Shown piece after piece: positions 33,421 through 42,983 of a stretch of DNA of 64,000 nt (positions are counted from its first letter, which is position 1; every line of letters begins with the position of its first letter). Origin of the DNA: Kofleriaceae bacterium. Lineage in GTDB: Bacteria; Myxococcota_A; Polyangia; Haliangiales; Haliangiaceae. The notes beneath the pieces are model-generated. The model had not been told where the DNA came from. It searched no databases and saw only the letters and a list, made by a program, of their open reading frames with translations. The stretch spans positions 96,001-160,000 of the forward strand of contig CBDCCZ010000044.1 in assembly GCA_965215005.1 (NCBI GenBank), given 5' to 3'. A program made the position numbers and the translations under genes.

Positions 33421-34290
33421 ATGGAAATTCGAACCCTTCGTTCCGACGAGCTCGAGATGGCTGGCGCGCTCCTTTACGGCGCCTTCGAACGCCTTGCTAG
33501 CGAGCATCATCAGCCGCCGCCGCTCGCTTCCGAGCTGGATGCGGGCTCGCTCTTGCAGTCACTGGCTTCGGCCTCGCCTGAGCATGTGTTGGTGGCAGCA
33601 ACCGGTGGCGCCGTGGTCGGCGTGGGCGCTGCGCGGCTGCTCGGCGAAGTCGCCACCATTGGACCGATCGCAGTGGCCGCCGACGGTCGCGGCATCGGCG
33701 GGGCTATCTTGGATGCGCTCATCGAGCGCGCCGATGAGGCGGGTGCGCAAGCCACTCGCGCGGTGGTTGCTGGCTGGAATCAACGCGGCTTCGCGCTGTT
33801 TGCCGCCCGCGGCTTCGCCACGGTGGATGTGGCCGCTTCGATCGAACGCGCCCCTGGCGAGCCGCTGCCGCTCGACAACTCGCGTGGTCTCGAGGTTCGA
33901 GAGGTCACGGCAGCCGATTTCGCTGAGCTGGGCGAGCTCGACCGCAAGCTCACGGGGCTCGATCGCGGCACCGAGCTGGCCGCGCGGGTGCAACTGGTGG
34001 CGCGCCGCCGCGGCGCCCTGGTCGGCTATCTGGCGCGCAACGGTGAGCTGCTCGGACCGGCGGTGGCGGTCGACGTGAGTGACCTGTTTCTGCTCGTGGC
34101 CCACGCGTTGCCGCAAGGAGGCGCTGAGGTGCGGCTGCGCGCGCGACTGTCCACGGCGGCTCCTACCGGGCCGCTCGCGGCGCTGGCGCTGGGATTTCGC
34201 ATTCACGAGCTCGGCTTGGTCGTCTCGCGGGGGGCGCAGCCGCCGGCGCGGCCGCCACAGCTCTACTCCAGCGCGCCGCTCGTGCTTTAG
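33421..34290 (+). CDS. GNAT acetyltransferase (tandem GNAT-like)
   Basis: IAVAADGRGIGGAIL acetyl-CoA motif; NQRGFALFAARGF. Confidence 0.8.
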   Translation: MEIRTLRSDELEMAGALLYGAFERLASEHHQPPPLASELDAGSLLQSLASASPEHVLVAATGGAVVGVGAARLLGEVATIGPIAVAADGRGIGGAILDALIERADEAGAQATRAVVAGWNQRGFALFAARGFATVDVAASIERAPGEPLPLDNSRGLEVREVTAADFAELGELDRKLTGLDRGTELAARVQLVARRRGALVGYLARNGELLGPAVAVDVSDLFLLVAHALPQGGAEVRLRARLSTAAPTGPLAALALGFRIHELGLVVSRGAQPPARPPQLYSSAPLVL

Positions 34291-34450
34291 CGCGGCTCTG
34301 CACCTGTGGGCAAGCTGTGCGACACAGCGGAATCACTGCCGCTTCGCTGTGCGCTCTTTGCCAACTCGGGGCTCAAGGCTGAGCAACAGCATCGCTGCAA
34401 TCGTCGCACGCTGCGGTGAAGGCGCACCTTCGCCGACCTGGGCACCGCTG

Positions 34451-34840
34451 TCAATAGATCCCACCGCGCTCCCGAATCCGCTCGATCATCGCGTCTAGCC
34501 GCAGGCGCTCGCCGGTAGCGATGTCGACGATGCGGACGCCAAAGCCGGTGGGGTAATGGTCCGCTTCGGCGCTGCACGCCTCGACCACACGCACCACCAC
34601 GACTTTGCAGGTAATCGAGCTGTCGTAGTCATAGAGCTCGAGGTCGAGCGTGGAGCCGGCGCGAAACGGATAGGTCCTGGCGACACGCGTGTACAGGAAC
34701 ACGCCGTGCGGTGACAGGTCGCGCGTGCGCAGCACGAACTCGCCCTCGCCTCCGACCACTTTGACGAAGGCTTCGACCTTCACTCGCTCGGCGCTGCGAG
34801 AGGTCGGCGTCGAGTCGGTAGAATCCCCTTCGCTGGTCAC
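34451..34840 (-). CDS. PilZ-domain protein
   Basis: RSAER (RxxxR), DLSPHG (DxSxxG), GFGVRI. Start placed at GTG 34840 inside a longer shadow ORF. Confidence 0.85.
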   Translation of the reverse strand: MTSEGDSTDSTPTSRSAERVKVEAFVKVVGGEGEFVLRTRDLSPHGVFLYTRVARTYPFRAGSTLDLELYDYDSSITCKVVVVRVVEACSAEADHYPTGFGVRIVDIATGERLRLDAMIERIRERGGIY

Positions 34841-35006
34841 GGCTCTACGATACCTGCGGCGCGGGGCGAATTCGATCTCCGGGCAGCCGCATCTGGCATG
34901 ATAGACGCTGAGATGACACGATCTGGGGTGCGTGCTATAGCGACGAGCCACAACGCGCCAATTTCGCGTGAAGGCGGCGCCTCTCTCGGCCGTCAGTGGG
35001 GATGAG

Positions 35007-37286
35007 ATGGATGTAGCCTGCGAGAAGTGCAGCACCGTATACGAGCTCGACGAGAGCAAGCTGCGGCCCAGTGGCGTGACGGTGAAGTGCACCAACTGCG
35101 GCCACATGTTCAAGATTCGGACGCGGGTGGCCAGCGAGGTCGAGTCGGCCGACAAGTCGCAGCGCAATCGTACGGTGCCGCCGCGCGCCGCCAGCGGCGG
35201 TGATGGCACGTGGATCGTGCGGGTATCCGACTCTGGTCCTGAGGCGGGGACGCTGCGCCGCACCAGCGAGCTGGCGACGTTGCAGCAATGGATCGTCAAG
35301 GGGTTGGTAACGCGCGAGTGCGAGATATCCCGCACCGGCAATACCTGGAAGAAGCTCGGGTCGATTCCTGAGCTAGCAACGTTTTTCGACGTCGCCGATG
35401 AAGCGCGACAAGCCCGCGAAGCGCGCCTGCGGGCGGGTAGCCAGATGGACTCGCAGCCCCAGGCGGCGGTGATCGTGCCGCCGATGCCCGAGTCGCTGCC
35501 ATCGCTCGACAGCGGGTTGCATCGGCGGAACACGGGCATTCTGCAGCCGCAAGGGGCGGATCCGGCGCGCGCTCCGACCCTGGCTGCGTCGCCGGTCGAC
35601 TCGGGCGCTCCGACGATGCTCAGCGCGCCGCCGGGGGCAACGGTGCCGCCGGTTTCTACCGCGGCGCCGGCTCGCGCGCGCAATGCCACGCGAACCACGG
35701 GGCCCTTGCAGTCGCGCCAGCCGCGCGGCGGCGATGGATTTGGCGGCGCTGCACGATTGGGCAACACCATGGATGAGGGTCCTAGCGGGCCCACGGGCGG
35801 TTTCACCAACAAGGCCGCGATGGGCGACGCCGCGTTCGTCAAGGGGCCGAGTGGGCCCAGTCCGAGTGGGATCTTTGCGCCTACCGATTTCGATCCGCAC
35901 CCGCTCGAGGGGCGCGGCGGCACTGGTAAGTGGATCGTCTTGGGCTCGCTGCTGCTGATGGCCGCGGCTGCGGCGGTCGTCTACCTGTTCGTATTTCGGC
36001 CAGAGCCCGCGACCACCGCCGTCGTTGCCGTTCAAGATGCGGGCTCGGTGCTCGCAGAGGCCGGCGACGCCGCAATAGCGGTTGATCCCGTGTCTCCTGA
36101 GGCACGCCAGGAAGCGCTCGCGGCGGTGCGTGCCGCGATCATTGCCGGCAGCGTCACCGAGCTCGGCGCTGCCGTGCAGCAGCTCGATTCTCTCGCTGGT
36201 GATGACGATGTCGAGGTGTTGGTGGCGCGGTCGCAAGGACAGGCGGCGCTGGCGCAGGCGGCGACCGTGCCGGGGCACGACCGCATCTCGCCTGAGGCCA
36301 AAGAGCATGCCGATATGGCGCTCGCTCTGGCCAAGCAGGCACTCGAGCTAGCGCGCAATGATGCCGCTGCCAACGTTGCGGCGGCCAATGCGTTGCGGTT
36401 GCTAGGCACCTCGGCGCGGGAGGTCGAGCGATATCTGCGCAAGGCCCCGGGCGAGGGGGACGCAGCGCTGGTGCAGGCGCTCATCGACGCGCGGGAGAAC
36501 AAGCTTGCCGCCGCGCAAGGTGCGCTCGAGAAGCTCGCTGCGGGCGCTGGAGACCTCGAGGCAGGCGGTGATCCGCGTCCGCGGTATCACCTGGCGGTGC
36601 TCGCGCTAGCCGCTGACGACTTGCCGGCAGCGCGCAACGCGGCCGACGAAATTTTGGCTGTCTATCCCGAGCATGCGAGCGCGCGGCAGCTTCGCGGCCT
36701 GGTGGTCGCCGCCGAGTCGGCGGTCGATACCGGAGATCCCATGCCGCCAGAAGACAAGTCTGGGGTCAAGCCAACTCGCAGTCCCACGCGGGCGAGCGGA
36801 GACAGCTACGATTCGCTATTGGCAAAGGCCACGAAGCTTGCCGGTGCCGGCAATTGTCGCGAGGCAATGGGCGCCTTCCAGCAAGCTCTAGACAAGAATC
36901 CAGCCGGCGTCGAAGCGCTAACGGGCATGGGCTATTGTCATATTGATCAACGGCAGTTCGCCAGTGCGCATGCGAAGTTCAAAGCGGCGCTGGGCATCTC
37001 ATCTCGGCAGTCGGACGCACTTAGGGGAATCGCAGAGGCGTATCGGCAGCAGGGACTAACGCCGCAAGCGATCGCCGCGTATCAGCGGTATCTGGATGAG
37101 AATCCCAGCGGTCCCAAGGCGCCGGCAGCGCGGCGCCAGCTCGAAACGCTTGGCGGCTCGAGCTCTGAGCCTGCGGAATCTGGCGGCGGCGAGCCCGATC
37201 CGGTTGCGCCCGCTGCAGGAGACCCGGCGCCCATCGGCGGCGGCGGCGAGGTCGTTCCTGATGAAGCGCCCGGCTCCGATGGCTAA
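35007..37286 (+). CDS. MJ0042-type zinc-ribbon membrane protein with C-terminal TPRs (GltJ/AgmX-like N-terminus)
   Basis: CEKCSTVY...VKCTNCGHMF, GYF-like segment, Pro-rich linker, TM helix, TPR repeats. Confidence 0.8.
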   Translation: MDVACEKCSTVYELDESKLRPSGVTVKCTNCGHMFKIRTRVASEVESADKSQRNRTVPPRAASGGDGTWIVRVSDSGPEAGTLRRTSELATLQQWIVKGLVTRECEISRTGNTWKKLGSIPELATFFDVADEARQAREARLRAGSQMDSQPQAAVIVPPMPESLPSLDSGLHRRNTGILQPQGADPARAPTLAASPVDSGAPTMLSAPPGATVPPVSTAAPARARNATRTTGPLQSRQPRGGDGFGGAARLGNTMDEGPSGPTGGFTNKAAMGDAAFVKGPSGPSPSGIFAPTDFDPHPLEGRGGTGKWIVLGSLLLMAAAAAVVYLFVFRPEPATTAVVAVQDAGSVLAEAGDAAIAVDPVSPEARQEALAAVRAAIIAGSVTELGAAVQQLDSLAGDDDVEVLVARSQGQAALAQAATVPGHDRISPEAKEHADMALALAKQALELARNDAAANVAAANALRLLGTSAREVERYLRKAPGEGDAALVQALIDARENKLAAAQGALEKLAAGAGDLEAGGDPRPRYHLAVLALAADDLPAARNAADEILAVYPEHASARQLRGLVVAAESAVDTGDPMPPEDKSGVKPTRSPTRASGDSYDSLLAKATKLAGAGNCREAMGAFQQALDKNPAGVEALTGMGYCHIDQRQFASAHAKFKAALGISSRQSDALRGIAEAYRQQGLTPQAIAAYQRYLDENPSGPKAPAARRQLETLGGSSSEPAESGGGEPDPVAPAAGDPAPIGGGGEVVPDEAPGSDG

Positions 37287-37376
37287 TACGGTTGCCGGGA
37301 TGCTTAGCGATTTGGCCGGGCCGGCAAATGAGATAGCCACTTGAGCCAATTTGCACGGTCCTCTACTGTGCAGCGC

Positions 37377-39983
37377 ATGCAGCCTCCGCAACGCCACTCG
37401 ACGTGGCTGATACGTCTAGTGGTTTACGGCGCAAGCCGTAAACTGCAAGCAAAGCAACAATCGCTTGGGGAGACGCCGAAGGGGGCACGTGAGCAGCAGA
37501 AATCTGCCGCCCTTGCCCCGCCTCGGGGCGGCGGATTTCTGCGTCACGAATCCCGCGGCGGCGTACTAGTCTCTGTCATTGGTCTTGCGGCTAGCATGGC
37601 CGCTTGTAGCGCGGGGTCGCCCGGCGATGGCAGTGACCTCGACAGCGAGCGCGCCGACGCTGAAGGGCCGGAGTATTCCATTCTCCGCCCGGGCAACCGC
37701 TACGCCACCGACCTTGGCGATCGCTACCTCGATGAGGTCCAGCCGGCGCTGGCGGAGCGCTGCGCCGTTTGCCACGCCTGCACCAACGGTCCGTGCCAGC
37801 TCAACATGACCTCGTTTGCCGCACTCGAACGCGGCGTGAGCTCGAAGAATCCCTACAAGTTTGGCTTGTTCGACTCGTTCCCCACTCGCGTGAGCGACAA
37901 CCGCACCCTGCAAGCGTGGCGCGACCTCGGATTCCGGTCGGTGTTGCCGCAGGGCGGGGATCCAAAGAAGTCGATTTTCTATCGCGCGCTCGAGCTCGGT
38001 GAGCGCAACGTTGCATCGACCGATCCCAACGCCGGACCGATTCGCACCTCGGTAGCTCGCGCGTTGGCGCAGGCTCACAACGAGGGCAAGTACAGCTGCC
38101 CGGTCAATGATGTGTCGTGGTGGTGGTTCAGCCTGCGCAATCCGCAAGGTGGAATGCCGTGGGGACTGCCGTCTGACGAAGACAACCACGAAGTGCTCGA
38201 GCGCTGGGTACTCGATGGCGCGCCGGGGCCCTCTGCGGAAGCTCTTGCGAGCATTCAACAGCCGCAAGTCACGCCGATGACTCAGGTCGAGCCGGTAACG
38301 ATCATCGAATCGTGGGAGACGTTCCTCGGTGGCGACGATCTGCGCAGCCAGCTCGTAGCGCGTTACATATATGAGCACGCGTACTCGGCGAACATTCACT
38401 TCGATGAGAACCCTGGCGAGTTCTATCGCATCGTCCGCTCGCGCACCGCGGCGCCCGCGCCCATCGAGCTGATCTATAGCGACATGCCGCAGGATGATCC
38501 CGGACCCGGACGTGTGTACTACCGTCTCGAGAAGATCGACCGCGTCATCGAGGGCAAGGTGCACGTCCCTTGGGAGCTCGGTCTCGACGATCTCGAGCAC
38601 CTGCGCGAGCTCTTCCTCAGCGGCGATTGGAACGTGGGCTCACTGCCGGGTTACGCGAGCCGCAACCCCTTCGAGTATTTCGCGGCGATTCCCGCGCAGG
38701 CGCGGTCGCGGTTCATGCTCGAGAACTCGCGCATGCTGTATGCGCAGTTTGCCCGCGGGCCGATTTGCCTGATTCAGGAGGCCAGCTTTGCCGTCGATGA
38801 GCACTTCTGGATCCTGTTCCTCGATCCAGACTCGGATCCCACGGTTCTCGAGCCCAAGCTAGGACTCGATACTTGGGACGTCTTCTTCGACAAAGACGGC
38901 TCGCTCACCGCTAGCTTGCCGCTCATCGGCGACAAGTATGGTGAGCTGCTCTATCGTCAGGCCTTCGAGGACACGCTGCGGCGCCACAAGCCGGAAGGCC
39001 TTGGTGTGCAGGATGTGTGGACCGGTGACGGCAAGTATCCCGACGCTTGGCTCACGGTGCACCGCAATCAGTACAGCGTCGATGTTCACAACACTCTCGA
39101 CCGGCCCATCACCGGCACGCCCCGCAGCGTGTGGCTGATCAGCTACGCCAACTTCGAGCGGATGTTCTACAACGCTGTTACGCAGTACAAGTTTTGGGGG
39201 AGCGCCTTCCATCAAAACACCTCGTTTAGCTGGCAGATCTGGACGCGCACCGAAGCCGAAGACCTGTGGGCTTCGCTGCTTCCCGACCAGAGCTACCGCC
39301 AGATGCTTCGCGACCGCTTCACCAGCTATGCGGGCAAGGTGTACTACAAGCTGTTTGATGACTACGCGCAGGGCCGGCCGTCGGCGAGCCCGGAGCTCAC
39401 CACCGACGATGCGGTGGCGCGCGAGCTGTATCGCCGCATGGAATCGGTGCTAGGGCCCGCCGATCGACTCAACCATTGGCCAAGCAACCAGCTGCCTTCG
39501 TACATCGACGACTCCATCGATGATGTTGAGGAGTTCGAGGCGGGTCTTCGCACTCTCACCAATCGCGAGGCGCCGTTTGCCCGCTACGTGCCCAACGTGG
39601 TTCATCTTCGCCTCGGGGGCCAGCATCTGTACTCGCTGGTCGTCGTGCGCGGATTCAAAGACAGCAAGATCATCAGCACCGAGAAAGCCGATCGCGCCCC
39701 TGAGCATGACTCGTTGCGCGCCGTTCCAGGAATGGTCGCCTATGAAGCGCACATGTTCGTCGATCTAGCCTTCGACGACGCCTCGGCGTTTCTCAATGAG
39801 TTGCAAGCGGTGGATGATTTGCCGGCTTGGAATGGCTTCTCCGATCGCTACAAGATCGGCCGCAACAGTCCGACGTTCTGGCCGTTTGTCGATTGGCTCC
39901 ACGATTGGATGGAAGCCAACACGCCAGTTCGAGCCGCACTCCTCGAGCTGCGCGTCTACGACAAGGACGAGCAAGCGTTCTAG
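37377..39983 (+). CDS. cti: Fatty acid cis/trans isomerase-like c-type heme lipoprotein
   Basis: VQPALAERCAVCHAC...PCQLN (CxxCH), LVARYIYEH, IVRSRT, RGPIC; lipobox MAAC. Confidence 0.75.
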   Translation: MQPPQRHSTWLIRLVVYGASRKLQAKQQSLGETPKGAREQQKSAALAPPRGGGFLRHESRGGVLVSVIGLAASMAACSAGSPGDGSDLDSERADAEGPEYSILRPGNRYATDLGDRYLDEVQPALAERCAVCHACTNGPCQLNMTSFAALERGVSSKNPYKFGLFDSFPTRVSDNRTLQAWRDLGFRSVLPQGGDPKKSIFYRALELGERNVASTDPNAGPIRTSVARALAQAHNEGKYSCPVNDVSWWWFSLRNPQGGMPWGLPSDEDNHEVLERWVLDGAPGPSAEALASIQQPQVTPMTQVEPVTIIESWETFLGGDDLRSQLVARYIYEHAYSANIHFDENPGEFYRIVRSRTAAPAPIELIYSDMPQDDPGPGRVYYRLEKIDRVIEGKVHVPWELGLDDLEHLRELFLSGDWNVGSLPGYASRNPFEYFAAIPAQARSRFMLENSRMLYAQFARGPICLIQEASFAVDEHFWILFLDPDSDPTVLEPKLGLDTWDVFFDKDGSLTASLPLIGDKYGELLYRQAFEDTLRRHKPEGLGVQDVWTGDGKYPDAWLTVHRNQYSVDVHNTLDRPITGTPRSVWLISYANFERMFYNAVTQYKFWGSAFHQNTSFSWQIWTRTEAEDLWASLLPDQSYRQMLRDRFTSYAGKVYYKLFDDYAQGRPSASPELTTDDAVARELYRRMESVLGPADRLNHWPSNQLPSYIDDSIDDVEEFEAGLRTLTNREAPFARYVPNVVHLRLGGQHLYSLVVVRGFKDSKIISTEKADRAPEHDSLRAVPGMVAYEAHMFVDLAFDDASAFLNELQAVDDLPAWNGFSDRYKIGRNSPTFWPFVDWLHDWMEANTPVRAALLELRVYDKDEQAF
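37416..37569 (+). mobile_element. 150-bp structured repeat, copy 2 (in frame inside cti-like gene)
   Basis: CTAG at 37416 and 37566; aligns with copy 1. Confidence 0.85.
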
Positions 39984-40005
39984 GCTCCCCAGCGCTCGTC
40001 GCTTT

Positions 40006-40041
40006 GCGAATGGTTCCCGATTCACGTGGTGAACCATTCGC
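40006..40041. terminator. Hairpin after cti-like gene
   Basis: GCGAATGGTTC...GAACCATTCGC 11-bp inverted repeat; no U-tract. Confidence 0.35.
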
Positions 40042-40190
40042 GCTCGCTTGCATGCCCGCTTCTCATTGGCAGGAGCGGGCATGCCGGGGTGCCACTCCCC
40101 CCGCTTTGCGACCCCACCTCCGAGTTGTCGACGAATCGCGTGATCTCGTGCCGTGAGCGAAGCGGTTCTGCACTGTTATATACTCGTTAG

Positions 40191-40883
40191 GTGCTGTACC
40201 TCTTTGACATCGATGGAACCATCTTGCTTTCCGGTGGAGCAGGGTCTCGCGCACTCAATCGAGTCTTCCAGAGTCGCTACGGCATCAGCGGCGCCATGGA
40301 CGCCATTGACGCCAGTGGCAAAACCGACCCGGCGATCCTGCGGGAAATCTTTCTCTCCAGAATCGGCCGCGAGCCCGAGGTCCGCGAGCTCGACGAGGTC
40401 CTCGCCGCTTACGTGCCGCTGTTGATCGAAGAGCTCGTAGACAGCCCCGGCTTCCGCACCATGCCCGCAATCTTGGAAGCGGTGGCGTTTCTCGAGGCCT
40501 GCCCGGGCGTGCATCTGGGGCTGGCAACCGGCAACTGCAAAGCGGGCGCGAAGGCCAAGCTCGACCGCATCTCCGTTTGGGAGCGGTTTCCCACCGGCGG
40601 GTTTGGCTGCGACTCGGGGGATCGCGCGGTGCTGGTGCAGCGGGCAATCGAGCGCGGCCGCCATCACGCGGGCGTGGAGGTTCCCTCGGAGGACATCATC
40701 GTCGTAGGCGATACCATTCGCGATATTGCGGCTGCGCGCGCCTCGGGCGTGAAGGTCATCGCGGTGGCAACGGGCAAGAGCAAGCGCGAAGAGTTGGCCG
40801 CGGCGGATCCCGATGCCGTATTCGAGACCCTCGCAGAGCTGCCCCAGTGGCACGAACGCTATTGCGCCCGGCGCCGCTCGTGA
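40191..40883 (+). CDS. HAD-superfamily hydrolase (phosphoglycolate phosphatase-like)
   Basis: LFDIDGTI, LATGN, VVGDTIRD. Confidence 0.9.
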   Translation: MLYLFDIDGTILLSGGAGSRALNRVFQSRYGISGAMDAIDASGKTDPAILREIFLSRIGREPEVRELDEVLAAYVPLLIEELVDSPGFRTMPAILEAVAFLEACPGVHLGLATGNCKAGAKAKLDRISVWERFPTGGFGCDSGDRAVLVQRAIERGRHHAGVEVPSEDIIVVGDTIRDIAAARASGVKVIAVATGKSKREELAAADPDAVFETLAELPQWHERYCARRRS

Positions 40884-40902
40884 GTGAGCACGTCGTAGCG
40901 TT

Positions 40903-41955
40903 TCAGGCGCGACTGCGGGTCTGGCAGCGAAAGTCGATGGCGGTGAGGATGCGCTCGGGGCCGCGTCCATCGACGAGTGCGGCAAGCCGCTCGGCCAGCG
41001 TGGCGCGGCGCGCATGATTCTCGAAAAAGCTCGTGAGTGCTGCAGTGAGCGCTGCATCGTCCATGGCGCTGAGCCAACCGCCGCAGTCGACGTGACCAGA
41101 TGCGGCCAGTCTCGCCGCGGTGGCAGCTTGATTTTCGGCCACCGCAAACGCCATGGCTGGAAGTCCCATGTACGCCAGCTCCCAGAGAGTGGCACCGGCG
41201 GCGGTGACCGCGGCATCGGCCGTGGCCATCATCCACGGCATGTCACGCACGTCGCGGGCGAGCTCGATGATGTGGCCGCGGCTCGCCGCCTGCGCCGCCG
41301 CCGCCGCAAGCTCGCCGTCGTCGCAGTAGTCGGCTCCGACGATGACTCGCGCGACGATAGCGCGGAGCGAAGGCAGCTGCGCCAGAACCCGCGCGGTGGC
41401 GCGCGTGGGATCGCTGGCGCCAAAGCTCACCAGCAGGCGCAACGGCGCCGCGACTTCGTGGTGCTCGCGCGGCGCGGCCGGATGGGCGGTGAACTCGCTG
41501 CGGAGCAGCGCGTAGTCGGGACCTGTGAGGAGCCGAGCGCCGGATTTGGTCCGGTAGCAGAGGCGCTCGGCTCCGTAGCCTGGATTGACGATGATGTCGG
41601 CGGCGATCGCCCGATCAGCGAGATCATCGATCACGATCATGCAGCGGTCGCGGCCGAGCCGCGCTAGGTAATGCGCATCGAAGTGATAGCCATCGATGAC
41701 GACCGCGTCGGCGCCAAACCGCGCGGCCAGCTCGTCGACCTCGTCGGCCTCAGCCGCCGTGCCAGCTGCGGAGTTCGTTTGAAATGGCTCTAAGCCACGC
41801 CGCGCGAGTAGCTCGATGCCGCTCGAGGACTTGCTGAGCACGAAGACTGCGGCTCCACCGCGTTCTCGGTGCGCCTGTGCCAGCGCCATTAATCGCATTA
41901 GGTGGCCCGAGCCCATGACGGCAGAGGCGTCGGCGCGAAACAGGATCGTTCTCAT
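40903..41955 (-). CDS. pseG: UDP-sugar hydrolase of the pseudaminic acid pathway
   Basis: FRADAS..MGSGHLMR, IDGYH, IDDL, YALLRSEF, SFGASDP. Confidence 0.85.
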   Translation of the reverse strand: MRTILFRADASAVMGSGHLMRLMALAQAHRERGGAAVFVLSKSSSGIELLARRGLEPFQTNSAAGTAAEADEVDELAARFGADAVVIDGYHFDAHYLARLGRDRCMIVIDDLADRAIAADIIVNPGYGAERLCYRTKSGARLLTGPDYALLRSEFTAHPAAPREHHEVAAPLRLLVSFGASDPTRATARVLAQLPSLRAIVARVIVGADYCDDGELAAAAAQAASRGHIIELARDVRDMPWMMATADAAVTAAGATLWELAYMGLPAMAFAVAENQAATAARLAASGHVDCGGWLSAMDDAALTAALTSFFENHARRATLAERLAALVDGRGPERILTAIDFRCQTRSRA

Positions 41956-41975
41956 GGTGGTGCTCCGCGACTAGC

Positions 41976-42983
41976 TCAGGCCACGCGTGCAACGAGCGCT
42001 CGCGCATCGTCAATCGAGAGACGCAGCTCTGGGCGGTCGCTAGTGTAGATGAAGCCATCGGGAAGCGGCTCACCCGGCAGCGGCGCATCGCCAATGTCGT
42101 GGAACTTGAACTCGGGCAACACCACCAGCACGTCGCCGAGGTCGCGAGCGCGGCGTGCTTCTTCGCTGCCGATGAGGGTCTCGTGAAGCTTCTCGCCGGG
42201 ACGAATGCCGATGCACTCGCGCGGAATTCCCGGCGCCACCGCTTCGGCGAGAGTCGCGAGATCGGTGGTGGGAAGCTTGGGAACGAAGATTTCGCCTCCG
42301 CGCATCAATTGCAAGCCGCGCAGCACCAACTCGATCGCGCCGCTCATGTCGATCCAGAATCGCGTCATGCGCTCGTCGGTGACGGTGATGCGGCCGCCGC
42401 GGCTCTGCTCACGAAACAGGGGTATCACGCTGCCGGCGGAGCCCATGACGTTGCCGTAGCGGACCAGAGCAAAGCGCGTTTGCAGCTCACCAACGTAGGC
42501 GTTGGCGGCGATGAGGAGCTTCTCCATCGCCAATTTGGTGGCGCCGTAGAGGTTGGCAGGAGCGACGGCTTTGTCAGTAGAAAGCGCGATGACCTTCTCG
42601 ACGCCGAGCTCGATAGCGACCTCGATGATGTTCTTGGCGCCATCGATGTTGGTGCGCACCGCTTCGAGCGGATTGTATTCGCAGATCGGCACGTGCTTCA
42701 TCGCCGCCGCGTGGACGACGATGTCGATGCCGCGAAACGCCGACCGCAAGCGATTGGTGTCGCGAATGTCGCCAACAAAGAATCGCAAGCGGCCATCGCG
42801 CATCTCGCGTTCCATCTTGTAATGCTTTTGCTCATCGCGTGACAGCACCACCACGCGCTTGGGATTGGCCTGCGCGAGAATGGTGGAGATGAACGCGCGA
42901 CCGAAGGAGCCGGTGCCACCGGTCACCAGGATCGACTTGCCATCGAGCTGGCTGAAGCGATGTTTGCGTGCGATGTCGTTCAT
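41976..42983 (-). CDS. pseB: UDP-GlcNAc 4,6-dehydratase (inverting)
   Basis: TGGTGSFG, SRDEQK, HAAAMKHVP, STDKA, YGATK, RYGNVMGS, RPGEKLHE. Confidence 0.92.
   Translation of the reverse strand: MNDIARKHRFSQLDGKSILVTGGTGSFGRAFISTILAQANPKRVVVLSRDEQKHYKMEREMRDGRLRFFVGDIRDTNRLRSAFRGIDIVVHAAAMKHVPICEYNPLEAVRTNIDGAKNIIEVAIELGVEKVIALSTDKAVAPANLYGATKLAMEKLLIAANAYVGELQTRFALVRYGNVMGSAGSVIPLFREQSRGGRITVTDERMTRFWIDMSGAIELVLRGLQLMRGGEIFVPKLPTTDLATLAEAVAPGIPRECIGIRPGEKLHETLIGSEEARRARDLGDVLVVLPEFKFHDIGDAPLPGEPLPDGFIYTSDRPELRLSIDDARALVARVA

Noticed and set aside
34841..35923. N-terminal extension of the PilZ ORF
   Set aside because: Antisense to the zinc-ribbon gene, with no motifs; typical high-GC shadow.
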